Source: Rebecca billardiae RCC1528
Taxonomy: Eukaryota > Protista > Haptophyta
Reading direction: 5' to 3'
DNA length: 64,000 nucleotides
NCBI GenBank assembly: GCA_965240325.2
Contig: OZ251228.1
Location: forward strand, 248,001-312,000
Notes under the pieces: model-generated
The model's database searches: none
What the model was told of the DNA's origin: nothing
The model's input: the letters and a program-made list of their open reading frames with translations, nothing else
Shown here: positions 50,167-61,153 of the stretch, piece after piece
How the letters are laid out: the number at the start of each line of letters is the position of its first letter
Numbering within the stretch: the first letter of the stretch is position 1
Translations under genes and position numbers: made by a program

Positions 50167-51697
50167 CGGCGAGGCCGAGGAGCGAGGGCCGTGGCGTGCC
50201 GCGATCGGCCTCAGCGTGCACTCGCGCGTCGTGCTCGGCATCCGCCTCGGCGGCGCCGTGAGCCTGGCCGTCGAGCTGTCCGAGCAGGCGGCGCTGCAGA
50301 TGCGCGAGGCCATCGCCAACGTGCAGTGGCTCGGCGGCTGCGGCGGGAAGGGCGGGCTCGACTTTGGCGCGGCGCCCTTCTCGTTCGGCACGTGGCCGCC
50401 CGAGCTCGTCGACCTGCGGATCGGCGAGGTCTCCAAGGAGGGCATCCACGTCGCGGGCGCCGTGCAGTTCCACGTGCGCGGGCCACTCGCCGTGCCCCTC
50501 GTGCCGGCGCTGTCGGTGCAGCTCTGCTCGGCGCCGGACGCGCTGGTGCGCGCGGCGGAGGCGGGCGGCGGCGGGGGCGGCGCGCACGCCGGTGCCGCCG
50601 CCGGTGGCGGCGCGGGCGCGCGCGTGCCCCTCGGCGTCGGCTCCGCGTCGCACGTGATCAACTCGGCGCTGAGCGGCGCTAACCTGACGTGGACGCGCAC
50701 GCAGCTCGAGCAGTACAGGCGCACACACGTCACGCTGGCCGAGGGCTGCATCGCCACGCTCGCGACGCAGCCGTTCGGCTTCGTGGCGGACGAGCCGTTC
50801 ACGCTCGCCTTCGACCTGGCCATGCCCTTCTACGGCAACTCCACCTCGCGCTTCTACGGCCCGCTCTACTTCGCAGAGGACCTCTCGCGCGGCGGCGCGC
50901 TGATCGCGCGCGGCTCGACCGACCGCGAGATCGAGCGGCTGGGCGCGAGAACATTCTCACAGACGTACATCGAGCGGGGCGCGCGCGCGAGCTCGTCGTG
51001 CCTGCTGCAGCGGCTGCTGCAGCACGTGCAGCTGCGCGCGCACGTGCTGCGGATGGTGCCGCAGGCCGCGCCGTACATCAAGGACGCGCTCCTCGGCGCG
51101 TCGTGCATGGCGGGCGTCTTCCTGCACTACTTTGCGCACGACAACTCGACCGCGCTCAACGACGACCGCGTGCTGGAGGACTGCTTCGCCTTCATGGAGT
51201 CGACGATGGCGCTCGGGCTCGGCGGCGGCGCCGGCGGCGCCGAGCGGCAGCGCAAGCGCCCGCCGCTCTCGCAGACCTTCCGCCCGGACCACCGCGACGT
51301 GTCCGGCCGCATGCTCTACCGCTTCCGCGCGGCGGGCGGCGGCGCCGCCGCCGGCGCGGCGTGCCGCTGGCTGCACGACGCAGACGACTCGTCGCACTAC
51401 TACCACGAGAAGACGCGGCTCGCGCGCACCGCCGACTGCGAGGCCGCGTGCATCGAGCGCGCCGACTGCTGGGGCGTCGAGTACGAGCACTCGACCGGCC
51501 ACTGCGAGCTGTGGAACCGCATCCCGCGCGCGACCGTGGCCGAGCCGGGCTTCAGCTGCCTGGCGCTCCAGCCCAGCGGCACGGCCTTCTCGACCGACGA
51601 GGTGGGAGGCGGTGCGGAGGCGCCCGCCGCGACGGACGACGGCTGGGAGCGGGCGCAGCGCGCGTACGCCGCGGCCGAAGCCGACGACGGCGGATGA
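47672..51697 (+). CDS. Large type II membrane protein: low-complexity N-terminus, poly-Cys + TM helix, LEA_2/WHy-like domain(s), C-terminal PAN/apple-like domain (start uncertain)
   Basis: CCCCCLLLLTLLLIYPALVV helix; LAVNVSIDSASRFEIEIGDLNATL beta pattern; ACR..YY..CEAAC....CWGVEY...GHCELW. Confidence 0.65.
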
Positions 51698-52118
51698 TGA
51701 TCGTCGTCGAATCGTGGATATATTGTTCTCAAACTGTGGTGTACCACCTTGATTCCTCATCAAGCTACCGGCCGAAGCTGGTAATCATTGGTTTGGATCA
51801 CAGTTATGCAGCTCAACGGTAAGCCAGGTATTTTGTTCTCTAGTAGCCGAAGATGCGCGAGGCGGAATCCAAGTTGTTCCGTCAATTGATGAACGACCCA
51901 CGGTACAGCAGGTACCATCTTGCCCCTACACGAATAGTCGTGTCATTTTGACTTTTTTAACCCACAGAGAACCCACAGAGGCCCCGTCACCGGTAGCGCC
52001 CGGATGACCATGATAAACGAAGCATCTGAGAGCGCATCTTCGAATCGAGACGCGAGTCATCCTCGTCCGTTCACAAGTCGAGACGTGCCGCCCGTCGTCG
52101 TGTTCCCCGCGGTAAACG

Positions 52119-55091
52119 ATGTTCGCTCTCGCTGTGGCCCTCGGGATGTCCGTCCGCGGTCATTGGCACGTCGCTTCACCTTCACCGCCGCCGCCAGGGC
52201 GCATGGCCCCCGTGCTCTACCGTGCCAACGAGAGGTGCCTGGAGTACGGGCCAAACGAGAACGAGTTTGGAAAAACAGGGCGGTGGTACGGCGCGCCCGA
52301 CCTCGACTCGTGCGCGGCATGGACGCTTGAGTGGGGCCGGACGTGGCCTTGCGAGGTCTTCCAATGGGAAGAGTTCACGGGAGACTGCTTCTGCTGCGAG
52401 CGCGTGTCCGCGGAGGGCGAGGGAGCGTACTCGTCCTACTTGGACATCTACACCACCGCGTTTGCTGCCTACTCGCCGCCGCCACCGCCAAGTCCGCCAC
52501 CGCCCCCAAGCCCTCCGCCGCCGTCGCCACGCCCGCCACCTCCGCCATCGCCGCCACCATCGCCGCCCTCGCCGCCGCCACTACCGCCTGGCCGCTGGAC
52601 CGCCACCCTGCTCGTCCAGTGGCAGTCTTGCACCACCGATTCCGATCTCTATGCGAGCGACGGCCTTGAGGGGTGTGCTGCTGCGGCAGCTCGCGCCTCC
52701 TGCGAGGTCTTCGAGTGGAACACCGTGTGGACTTCGTTGTGCCGGTGCTGCATTACCTACCCGACCTCGTCCGGCGGCAGCGGGCACAGCAACTACAATT
52801 TGTACGAGCCGGAGTACTTCCAGTTCAAGCCGCCCTCGCCGCCGCCGCCCCCGCCCCCTCCTCCGCCGCCATCGCCGACCCCACCGTCGTCGCCGCCACC
52901 CTTGCCACCGCCGTCACCACCTCCGCCACCGTCTCCTCCGTCCCCGCCTCCGTCTCCGCCGTTCCCGCCCGGGCGGTGGGACCTCGAGCTGATCGTCCAG
53001 AATCAGGGTTGCGACGGCTATTACGGCTGGGGCGAGTGGCTCGGCTATCTCGACGGGCCGCACGAGGCTGCGCAGCTGGCTAGGGCGACGCCCAACTGCG
53101 AGGTCGTCGCGCACAGCTCAAGATTTGATCACTACACCTGCTGCAAAGAGTGGCTCGAGACCCCGGGCGGGGAGGAAGACTACGCCCTGTACAGACCCTA
53201 CTACGCGTCGTACTCGCCACCGCCGCCGCACAGCCCGCCGCCGCCACCATCTTTGCCACCGCCGCCACCGATGCTGCCTCCGCCACCTCTGTCGCCGCCG
53301 CCGCCCCCACCGCCGCCGCCCCCGGCGCCGTTGCCACCTGGGCGCGCAGTTGCTGCCCTGCTCTCCGCCGAGCGCGAGTGCGTCACCCAAGGCACTCACT
53401 TCGGCAATGTCGACTTGAGCGAGTGCGCGAGCCTCGCCTTTGCCGCAGGCTGCGACGTGATCATGTACTCGACGGAGTACAGCTGGTACGTCTGGGGCTG
53501 CCGCTGCTGCAGCGCGTGGGACGAGAACTCGAACGGGCACGCGCTGTGGGACCTGTACACCGTCGGCTTCGCGGCGTACTCGCCCCCGCCGAGTCCGACC
53601 ACGCCCAGCCCGCCGCCCGCGCCGCCCACGCCGCCGCCGCCCTCGTTGCCACCAAGCCAGCCGCCCTCGGCACCACCCTCCCAGCCGCCCCCATCGCTTC
53701 CGCCGACATCGCCGCCGCCACTCCCGCCCTCGACGCCTCCTTCCAAGCCGCCTCCATCTCTGCCTCCTCCAAGCGAGCCTCCCGCGTCACCGCCGGCTGC
53801 GCCGCCCACGCCGCCGCCACCCACGCCGCCGCCGCATTCGCCGCCGCCAGCGCCGCCGCCGCCGCCAAGCCCACCTACGCCGCCACCATCGCCGCCCTCG
53901 CCCCTGCCGCCTCCGCAGCCGCCGAGCCCCGTTGGGCCGAGCCCACCGCCCTCACCACAACCACCGCCGACCCCACCGCCAGGCAGCCCGCCAACCCCAC
54001 CACCCGCCAGCCCACCGAACCCGCCGCCAGCCAGCCCGCCGACCCCACCATCAGCCAGCCCACCACCGACACCGACACCGCCGCCCACGCCGCCGCCGCC
54101 TTCAGCGCCACCACCGCAGCCCCCGCCGCCAAGCACACCTCCTCCGCCGTCGGCACCGCCATCGCCCATGCCGCCTCCGCAGCCGCCGCGGCCCGCCGGG
54201 CCGAGCCCGCCGCCCTCGCCAAAGCCACCGCCGGCTCCGCCGCCAGCAAGCCCGCCACTTTCGCCACCGGCCAGTTCACCGCCTCCGCCGCCAAGCCCCG
54301 GGCCAAGCTCCCCGCTGCCGCCGTTCTCTCCGCCTCCCTACCCGCCCCCGCCGCCCTCGCCCCCGCCGCTCCCGCCGATGACGGGCGACACCAGCATCGC
54401 GCGCGTGCGCTCCGAGGCGACGCTGGAGGGCTCCGCGAGCGACTGGGACGAGAGCTCCGAGTCCGGGCAGCAGCAGCGCGAGAACTTCAAGCAGGGCGTC
54501 GCGAGCGCGCTCAACGTGACGACGAGCGAGGTTGAGCTGCTCGCTGTCGTCGACTCGAGCGTGACCATCATCTTCGACGTGCTGCACACCGAGGCGAGCG
54601 CCGCGCAGGCGCCGACGGTCGACGCGCTTGCCGAGCTTGTGCAGGCGCGTGCCGATGTGATCGGCAGCTCCGTCGCGTCCGCAACGGGGACGGCGGTGGT
54701 CGCGGTCTCCGTGAGCCGGGTGATGCTCCCGCCCTCCTCTGCGAGCGATGGCGACTCGGACGGCAGTGGTTCGAGCGGCGGAGGCGGCGGCGGAGGCGGA
54801 GGCGGAGGCGGCGGGGGCGGCGGCAGCAGCACGTCAAGCTCTGCCACTCTGTCTCCCTCCGCGCCGCTGCCGGGCGCGCTCGCTGTCGGCCTTATTGCGG
54901 GCGGAGGCGCAGTCGCCATCTGCGCTCTCGCTGCCTGCGCCGTGTACTTCGCCCGGCGCGCCAACACCGTCAAGATCGCTGTGGCGCCCGAGCACGACCA
55001 GGAGAACCCCAACAACTCCATTCCGGAGGTGCCCGTCACCGCGACGGCCACCGTTGGCTCTCCTGCCGCCGAGCGTGCCCAGAAGCTGTGA
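52119..55091 (+). CDS. Proline-rich (extensin/pherophorin-like) type I surface protein with four Cys-rich PAN/apple-like modules
   Basis: Signal peptide; four similar modules (C...LxxCA...CEV...CxCC...YxxY) separated by SPPP linkers; long SPPP stalk; C-terminal TM (ALAVGLIAGGGAVAICALAACAVYF). Confidence 0.85.
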   Translation: MFALAVALGMSVRGHWHVASPSPPPPGRMAPVLYRANERCLEYGPNENEFGKTGRWYGAPDLDSCAAWTLEWGRTWPCEVFQWEEFTGDCFCCERVSAEGEGAYSSYLDIYTTAFAAYSPPPPPSPPPPPSPPPPSPRPPPPPSPPPSPPSPPPLPPGRWTATLLVQWQSCTTDSDLYASDGLEGCAAAAARASCEVFEWNTVWTSLCRCCITYPTSSGGSGHSNYNLYEPEYFQFKPPSPPPPPPPPPPPSPTPPSSPPPLPPPSPPPPPSPPSPPPSPPFPPGRWDLELIVQNQGCDGYYGWGEWLGYLDGPHEAAQLARATPNCEVVAHSSRFDHYTCCKEWLETPGGEEDYALYRPYYASYSPPPPHSPPPPPSLPPPPPMLPPPPLSPPPPPPPPPPAPLPPGRAVAALLSAERECVTQGTHFGNVDLSECASLAFAAGCDVIMYSTEYSWYVWGCRCCSAWDENSNGHALWDLYTVGFAAYSPPPSPTTPSPPPAPPTPPPPSLPPSQPPSAPPSQPPPSLPPTSPPPLPPSTPPSKPPPSLPPPSEPPASPPAAPPTPPPPTPPPHSPPPAPPPPPSPPTPPPSPPSPLPPPQPPSPVGPSPPPSPQPPPTPPPGSPPTPPPASPPNPPPASPPTPPSASPPPTPTPPPTPPPPSAPPPQPPPPSTPPPPSAPPSPMPPPQPPRPAGPSPPPSPKPPPAPPPASPPLSPPASSPPPPPSPGPSSPLPPFSPPPYPPPPPSPPPLPPMTGDTSIARVRSEATLEGSASDWDESSESGQQQRENFKQGVASALNVTTSEVELLAVVDSSVTIIFDVLHTEASAAQAPTVDALAELVQARADVIGSSVASATGTAVVAVSVSRVMLPPSSASDGDSDGSGSSGGGGGGGGGGGGGGGGSSTSSSATLSPSAPLPGALAVGLIAGGGAVAICALAACAVYFARRANTVKIAVAPEHDQENPNNSIPEVPVTATATVGSPAAERAQKL

Positions 55092-55772
55092 TGAGTCTGA
55101 TTCACCCAGCTATTATTCGTCCCCTGGCACCCAGCGCAGCGCGGCTCAGCGACTTACTATGTACCCGCGCGGGGCTGCGGCACTGCCCGCGTCTCACGTC
55201 TGCCCGCCGACTGTCATCAGCGACTCATCACGCCCACGGGCACGGACGATCGTCGCAGATAATTAGCTAGACGGCGACCACGAAGCAGTCAGCATATTAT
55301 ATTGTAGTATGGCAGTAGTCGTGATGAGTGTACGTAGCAGTAGTATACCAGTAGTATATACTACTATATACATCATCATCTCACGCGTATGTCGTCGTAT
55401 CGGGCCGATCGGCCCGATCGCCATCGGCCCGAGTGCCGAGTACTGGACCCGGTACACTCCGAGTCCGACTACACGGTCCGACGGCGCAGTGTGTCAGTAC
55501 TACGGCGCTACTGTATGTACGTACTTCGTCATCATCACGGCCATATGATGATGATGCGGCCCCTACAGTGTTATTCTTCAATACTTTCTGAGTCTCAACG
55601 GAACGATGGTGGGGTGGGCAGGCGGCTGGCGGGGCCCGAGCCGCCGCGCCGGCTGCGGCCGGCGCGGCCGGCTCGGCTGCTGACTCGCTGCCAAGCTGCA
55701 AGCACGGGCCCCATCGTCGCTGCTGGCGGATGCCCGCTGAGCCCGAGCAGATTGAAGATGGAAGGGCGCTCA

Positions 55773-56230
55773 TCAGACGCTGCTGGAACCGATCTCAACG
55801 ACGACCTTGTTGTGTCGGCCGCGTCTGTGCCCACTGAGATGAAGCAAGGCTGCGTCATCGTCAGTCGCGGCCCAGCTCGCCCCAGAGTCAGCGTTGCTCA
55901 CCTCCCATCCTATGCGCACTCCCTGCGGCGCATCAGCGCGGAGTGGGGGCGGGCGCGTGAGATACTCATCTGCTCAGAACCTCGCGAGGGTCCGCCGCCG
56001 TCGGCGCTCACATCAGCATGTCGCATGAACTCGATGTCACACCCGGCCGGACCGTGGTCGGCATCGCCCGTGACCGTGTAAGACGCGTTCGGCTCCCAAG
56101 AGTGCCTAGGAAGCTCCTGCGCAAGGTCAGGCGGTTCAACGACGTAGGTGCCGCTGGTGCACGTTGCGTTCGCCAGCTCCCACGGCGTGCGCGTGTAGTT
56201 GAACAAGTGCACGGTCGTCGAGCGCGTCAT
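55773..56230 (-). CDS. Small beta-rich protein, possibly aegerolysin/Cry34-like (needs a 47-bp GC-AG intron at 55910-55956 or a frameshift)
   Basis: MTRSTTVHLFNYTRTPWELANATCTSGTYVVEPP...SISRWEVSN...HNKVVVEIGSSSV*. Confidence 0.35.
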
Positions 56231-56324
56231 CTGGACGGCATGCTGCCTCGTGAGCGGGAAACGGCCGCCGAGGCCGCACGAGCAGGGCGGCAGGCACGCG
56301 AGCGAGCCTGCCACGCCGGCCATC

Positions 56325-57038
56325 ATGATGGCGGTCGTTGGTCGACGTGCGCTCGTTTTTGCGCTGTCGCTACTGCCGACGGCGCCGCCCGCTCAGAACG
56401 CGCGCTATGACGAGTATGCAAGCACGTACGACGACTTGGACGGCGGCGCAGTCGCTGAGAAGCTGGGGTTCGTCGAGCTGCGCCGCGAGATGGTTGGCCG
56501 TGCTCGAGGACGTGTTCTCGAGGTGGGCGCGGGGACAGGTCTCAACCTGCCGTATTACGACTGGGAGCGAGTGAGCACTCTAGTCACTCTCGACCAAAGC
56601 GCAGGGATGTTGGCACTTGCCAATGCCCGCGCGAAGCGCCTGGGCATCGCCCGCAGCACGCGCACGCAAGTCGGCGACGTTGCGCAGCTCCCATACGACG
56701 ACGATTCGTTCGACACCGTCGTGGACACGTTCTCCCTGTGCGTCTTCGAGGAGCCGCAGGCGGCTCTGGCGGAGATGGCGCGAGTGCTGAAGCCCTCGGG
56801 CCGCGTCCTCCTCGTCGAGCACCAGCGCGCGGGCGGCTTGCTCGGCGCCTACCAGGACGTCACAGCTGCTGCGGTCACGCCCATCTCCAAGGGGTGCGTG
56901 TGGAACCAGAACGTGCGCGCTCTCGCGGGGCAGGCGGGCTTGCGAGTGGTCGACTCGAAGGACGCAGTACTCGGTACGATCGCTACCTTGGAGCTTGAAC
57001 CTATCACAGGGAGCGGCAAGACTCGGGCCGCGACATGA
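56325..57038 (+). CDS. Class I SAM-dependent methyltransferase (Methyltransf_11, METTL7/UbiE-like)
   Basis: RARGRVLEVGAGTGLNLPYY, GDVAQLPYDDDSFDTVVDTFSLC, ALAEMARVLKPSGRVLLVEH. Confidence 0.92.
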   Translation: MMAVVGRRALVFALSLLPTAPPAQNARYDEYASTYDDLDGGAVAEKLGFVELRREMVGRARGRVLEVGAGTGLNLPYYDWERVSTLVTLDQSAGMLALANARAKRLGIARSTRTQVGDVAQLPYDDDSFDTVVDTFSLCVFEEPQAALAEMARVLKPSGRVLLVEHQRAGGLLGAYQDVTAAAVTPISKGCVWNQNVRALAGQAGLRVVDSKDAVLGTIATLELEPITGSGKTRAAT

Positions 57039-57485
57039 GGCTGAGCACCGCGGCGCAACTAATCATGGCGGCAGCCGAAATCCGGGGCAAGTCGGCCGCG
57101 CGCACGCGCCACGCACGCATCACCATCGCCATGCCCATATCATGATCGGGCTCGGCATCTCACTGAGCCGATGAGGAGATGGCATCTGCATCACGCGCGG
57201 ACGATGAAGCGACGAAGATCTGCTGCTAGTAGGCGGCAACACCCGTTACTATATTCTATCTAGATATATATATATCTGATGATATATAGTATATACGTAG
57301 CCGCCTTATACGGCGCGGGGCGCGCGCGGTACGGGGCAGGGCGAGTACGGTCACTCACCCGTGCAACGGGTCAAGTGGCCAGAGTACGTCTGGTCGTTGG
57401 CTGGCACGGGCCGCAGCGCTAAAGCAACCTGCTGTGAGTCACACCCGACTCCTTCAGTACTCCGGCTCCGCGGCACGACTCACTC

Positions 57486-57685
57486 GGCACGATCGCGGAC
57501 GCGGGCCTCCGGGATCCGTGAGCTGATCAGCCAGAGTTGGACAGTTTGGCAGCTACTAGTATGTAGTAATAGTTGTCAGACGGACGTCCGATGCCGATGG
57601 CACGATCGCGGACGGGTCGTCGCGCGGATCCGAGCTGATCAGCCAGTTGGACATTTGGCAGCTAGTTGTCAGACGGACGTCCGAT
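57486..57685 (+). repeat. Diverged ~90-110 bp tandem duplication
   Basis: ggcacgatcgcggacg...ggatcc..gagctgatcagccag..ttggaca.tttggcagcta..agttgtcagacggacgtccgat starts at 57486 and 57599. Confidence 0.85.
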
Positions 57686-57994
57686 TTGCGGATTTGACGA
57701 CCGGTCACGGTGCCGCGGGCGGCGGGTGCGGTCTCAGGTCCGCTGCTGTGATTGTGTGAAGTGTGAATGAGTCTCGCGGTCGCGCAGGCAGGGCGACGGT
57801 CGGACTAATAGCTTCAGTCATCTCAGAACCGACTCTTCAACTGGCGAACTGCCACTGCCGCCACTACGGCGGAGAGCCGCGAACCGTAGAGTATCCGCGA
57901 TTGCACGGCCTGACGGCCACCGCGGGCCCCCAACTGCGCGTTGATTCTATGCAGAAAAGGACCGCGCGGAACGCGGTCATATGATGGCGGATAA

Positions 57995-58274
57995 TAATTC
58001 ATTGATTCAACTCACGATGCGCGCTGTCCAACTCAATTCTCAAAGTCAAAGGCGGCGGCCGCGTACATCGACACTCGACAGCATCGTCGGTGCCGCGTCG
58101 GCGGGCGCGGCTCACGATGTGCCTGTGCACGCTGCTCTAATTCATTGATTCAACTCACGATGCGCGCTGTCCAACTCAATTCTCAAAGGCGGCGGCCGCG
58201 TACATCGACACTCGACAGCATCGTCGGTGCCGCGTCGGCGGGCGCGGCTCACGATGTGCCTGTGCACGCTGCTC
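57995..58274 (+). repeat. 143-bp tandem duplication
   Basis: taattcattgattcaactcacgatgc... starts at 57995 and 58138. The copies differ by a 6-bp tcaaag duplication. Confidence 0.93.
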
Positions 58275-58417
58275 CGGGACCAGGGCACGGCAGTGACCAC
58301 CATCCGCGATACCGGGGCACATGCCTGCGTGTCGACGATCGACGACTCTGGTCCGTGCTCGTGCGGCAACGTTGTTTGTCAGCGTGCTGACGATCCGGGA
58401 CGATGGTCGCGCCGCTG

Positions 58418-59398
58418 TCAGCCCATCTTCGGATCGAGGTCGAAGACGCGGCAGCCGAATACCGCGCCGCAGCCCGCGCCCGGGAGGAAGCACATGAAGC
58501 GATCGGCGAGCGTGCGCGTCATGCAGATCGCGTTCTCCACGCCCGTGCAGTCGCAGATGTACCCGGCGCGGAGCAGCATGCTGTGCAGCTTGCACTGCCG
58601 CATGCGCCGGATGTGCTTGTATTCCCACACGACGATTGGCGGCCGCACGGTCGCAAAGTTGACGCCGAGCAGGATGTCTGCGTCGAAGCCCTCCGCGTCG
58701 ACGCTGAGCAGGCCGAGCGCGCTCGGCTCGACGCCGCCGCGCGAGAGCAGCGACCCCACCGTGCGGCACGGCACGCGCACCTCCTTCACGTGCTCGCGCA
58801 GGTTGACGCCTGGCGGCATGCCCGGCTGGTGCTTGAGGATGTGCTTGAGGTCCATCGACGCGATCTGCGTCACCCACATGGGGAGCTGCCGCCCCGAGCT
58901 CTGGTCGTAGCCGGAGCGCGTGTCGAAGCGCTCGTCGATCGTGTAGAAGGTCACGTTCCCGTCGCGCGCGCACGCCGCGGCATTCTCGACGCGGATCGAC
59001 GCGTGCTCGATCTGAGCCATCGCGTCGCGCAGCTGTGTGAACACGTGCGGCTGCGGCTCAACGAGGATCGTGCGCATGCCCCGCAGCGCCAGGCTCTTGA
59101 GCGAGGCGACGAAGGGGTCATTCGCGTTGAGCCACGCGAGGTGCGCGCCGATCTGCAGCGCGCCCAGCCGCGGGTTACTGCGGTACAAGTTGGCGAGTGC
59201 CTGCCGTAGGCATTCGTCCGCGAGCGCGCGCGACTGGGCTGTCTGGTTGAATTTGATGGGCTTATCGTTGATGGGGAGCAGGCTCTCGGCCGGCGTGACG
59301 ATCAATACGACGAAGATCGCCGCGGTCCATCTGCCCAAGAAGCGCGCGAGGCCGCGCGCGGGGTTGCGAGCCCCGCACCGCGGCGGTTGTTGGGCCAT
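58418..59398 (-). CDS. FkbM-family methyltransferase with N-terminal membrane anchor
   Basis: LQIGAH...NDP, ILVEPQPHVFTQL, VENAAAC, LLSVDAEGFDADIL, RPPIVVWEYKH. Confidence 0.88.
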   Translation of the reverse strand: MAQQPPRCGARNPARGLARFLGRWTAAIFVVLIVTPAESLLPINDKPIKFNQTAQSRALADECLRQALANLYRSNPRLGALQIGAHLAWLNANDPFVASLKSLALRGMRTILVEPQPHVFTQLRDAMAQIEHASIRVENAAACARDGNVTFYTIDERFDTRSGYDQSSGRQLPMWVTQIASMDLKHILKHQPGMPPGVNLREHVKEVRVPCRTVGSLLSRGGVEPSALGLLSVDAEGFDADILLGVNFATVRPPIVVWEYKHIRRMRQCKLHSMLLRAGYICDCTGVENAICMTRTLADRFMCFLPGAGCGAVFGCRVFDLDPKMG

Positions 59399-59452
59399 GG
59401 AGAGCTGCACGCTTGATAATGCCGCGACGCTTTCCCTCGGCGAAAATTGCGA

Positions 59453-60782
59453 ATGGCGACGACGACGGCCTGCGTCCTGGCGCTCGCCGCGGCCGGCGCC
59501 GGCGCGGCCAGCGCGCGTGGGCGCAGCGGTGGTGCGGGCGGCCCACCCCTTGCCCGACGAGCCCCCGCACATCGGGGCCCGTCCGGCTTCACCGCGACCG
59601 CCGGCGACTCGCTGGCAGACGACGTGGGCGCGCACGAGCTTGTGACGCTTGTCGTGCCGCCGAGCGTGGACACGGAGGTGCTCGCCGAGCTGCTGATGGA
59701 GACGGGCGCGCTGTACGTGGCCATTAAGGACGCCAACCTCGGCACGCCCGACGAGGCGCCGATCGTCCGCCCAGTCAACCCAGCAGCCGCCGCGTTCGAA
59801 GCAGGAGAGTGGCCGCCTCGCTTTGACTACTGGTCCAACTGCACGATCGAGGCGGGCTTCGCGCTGGGCTGGCCCGTGGAGCAGACGCTGCGCAGCCTGG
59901 AGGACACGCTCGGCACCGTGCTCGCACGCCAGCCGCCCACGCACGTGCCCTCCAAGGACTGGGTCACCGAGGTGCAGGTGTGTGAGCAGGCCGCTGCGCA
60001 CCCCGCGGCCTCGCGCGAGGGGCGGCACCCGCGCCATCCGCCGGCCGCGCGCGCCGAGCGCTCACGCGCCGCCGCACCCCTCGCCGCCGGTGCGCGCCGC
60101 CGCACCCCGCCCGTGGCAGCGCACGTGGCCACCGATTGTCGTCGGCGAGCTCTACGTCCGCTTCCCGTGGCACCCGGACCCGCCGCCCGCCGGCACGCGC
60201 GCGTCGCTCGTGCTCGAGCCTGGGATGGCGTTCGGCACGGGCGAGCACCCGACCACGCGGCTGTGCTGCGAGTGGCTGCAGCGCGAGCTCGCGGGCGCGG
60301 CGAGGCACGCGTCCGAGCTGCCTGGCGTCTGCGTCGACAGCCCCGCCGCCGCCCTCGACGTGCTCGACTACGGCTCGGGCTCAGGCATCCTGGCGCTCGC
60401 CGCGCTCGCGTTCGGCGCGTCCACGGCCACGTGCGTGGACACCGACCGTGAGGCGAACCGCGTGGCCATGTGGAACGCGAATGTGAACGGGCTCTCGGAG
60501 CGCGTCTCCGTGCACACGCCTGACGACGCGCCGGCCGTCAGCTTCCCGCTCGTCGTGGCGAACATCCTCGCGCCCACGCTCATCGCGCTCGCGCCCACGC
60601 TCGCCGCCGCCACGCTGCCCGGCGGGCGGATCGGGCTGTCGGGCGTGCTCGTGCGCCAAGCGGCGGGCGTGCGCGCCGCGTACGAGCGCGCGTTCGAGCT
60701 CGACGAGGCGGACGTGGAGGATGGCGGCTGGGTGCTCATCTCGGGCACCAGGAGGCAGCCCTCGACATCCTCGCCGAGCTGA
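59453..60782 (+). CDS. prmA: Ribosomal protein L11 methyltransferase PrmA, probably organelle-targeted; intron 59978-60119
   Basis: DWVTEVQ|RTWPP, LEPGMAFGTGEHPTTRLC, VLDYGSGSGILA, VVANILAPTL, GLSGVL. Signal-peptide-like N-terminus. Confidence 0.93.
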
Positions 60783-60990
60783 GTGCATCAGCACGGCACT
60801 CGCGGGCTACTTCTAGAATCTACTTTGAGCGCGTCGAGTCGGCCGTCGTCGTGACATCGACATCGTCATCATAATCGTCTCAGGTGTGACAGGACACAGG
60901 TCAGGTGCCGTCCCACTGTGACGTCGGACGTCCCAGGACGATCGAGCCGCTGATGTCGGCTGCATGATGTGCCTCACGTCGGGCGTAGTG

Positions 60991-61142
<152 letters not shown>

Positions 61143-61153
61143 ATGTAATATAT

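Noticed and set aside
56325-60782. Three SAM-dependent methyltransferases in a row as a pathway cluster
   Set aside because: They belong to unrelated families (Methyltransf_11, FkbM, PrmA) with different predicted substrates and compartments. Probably coincidental.
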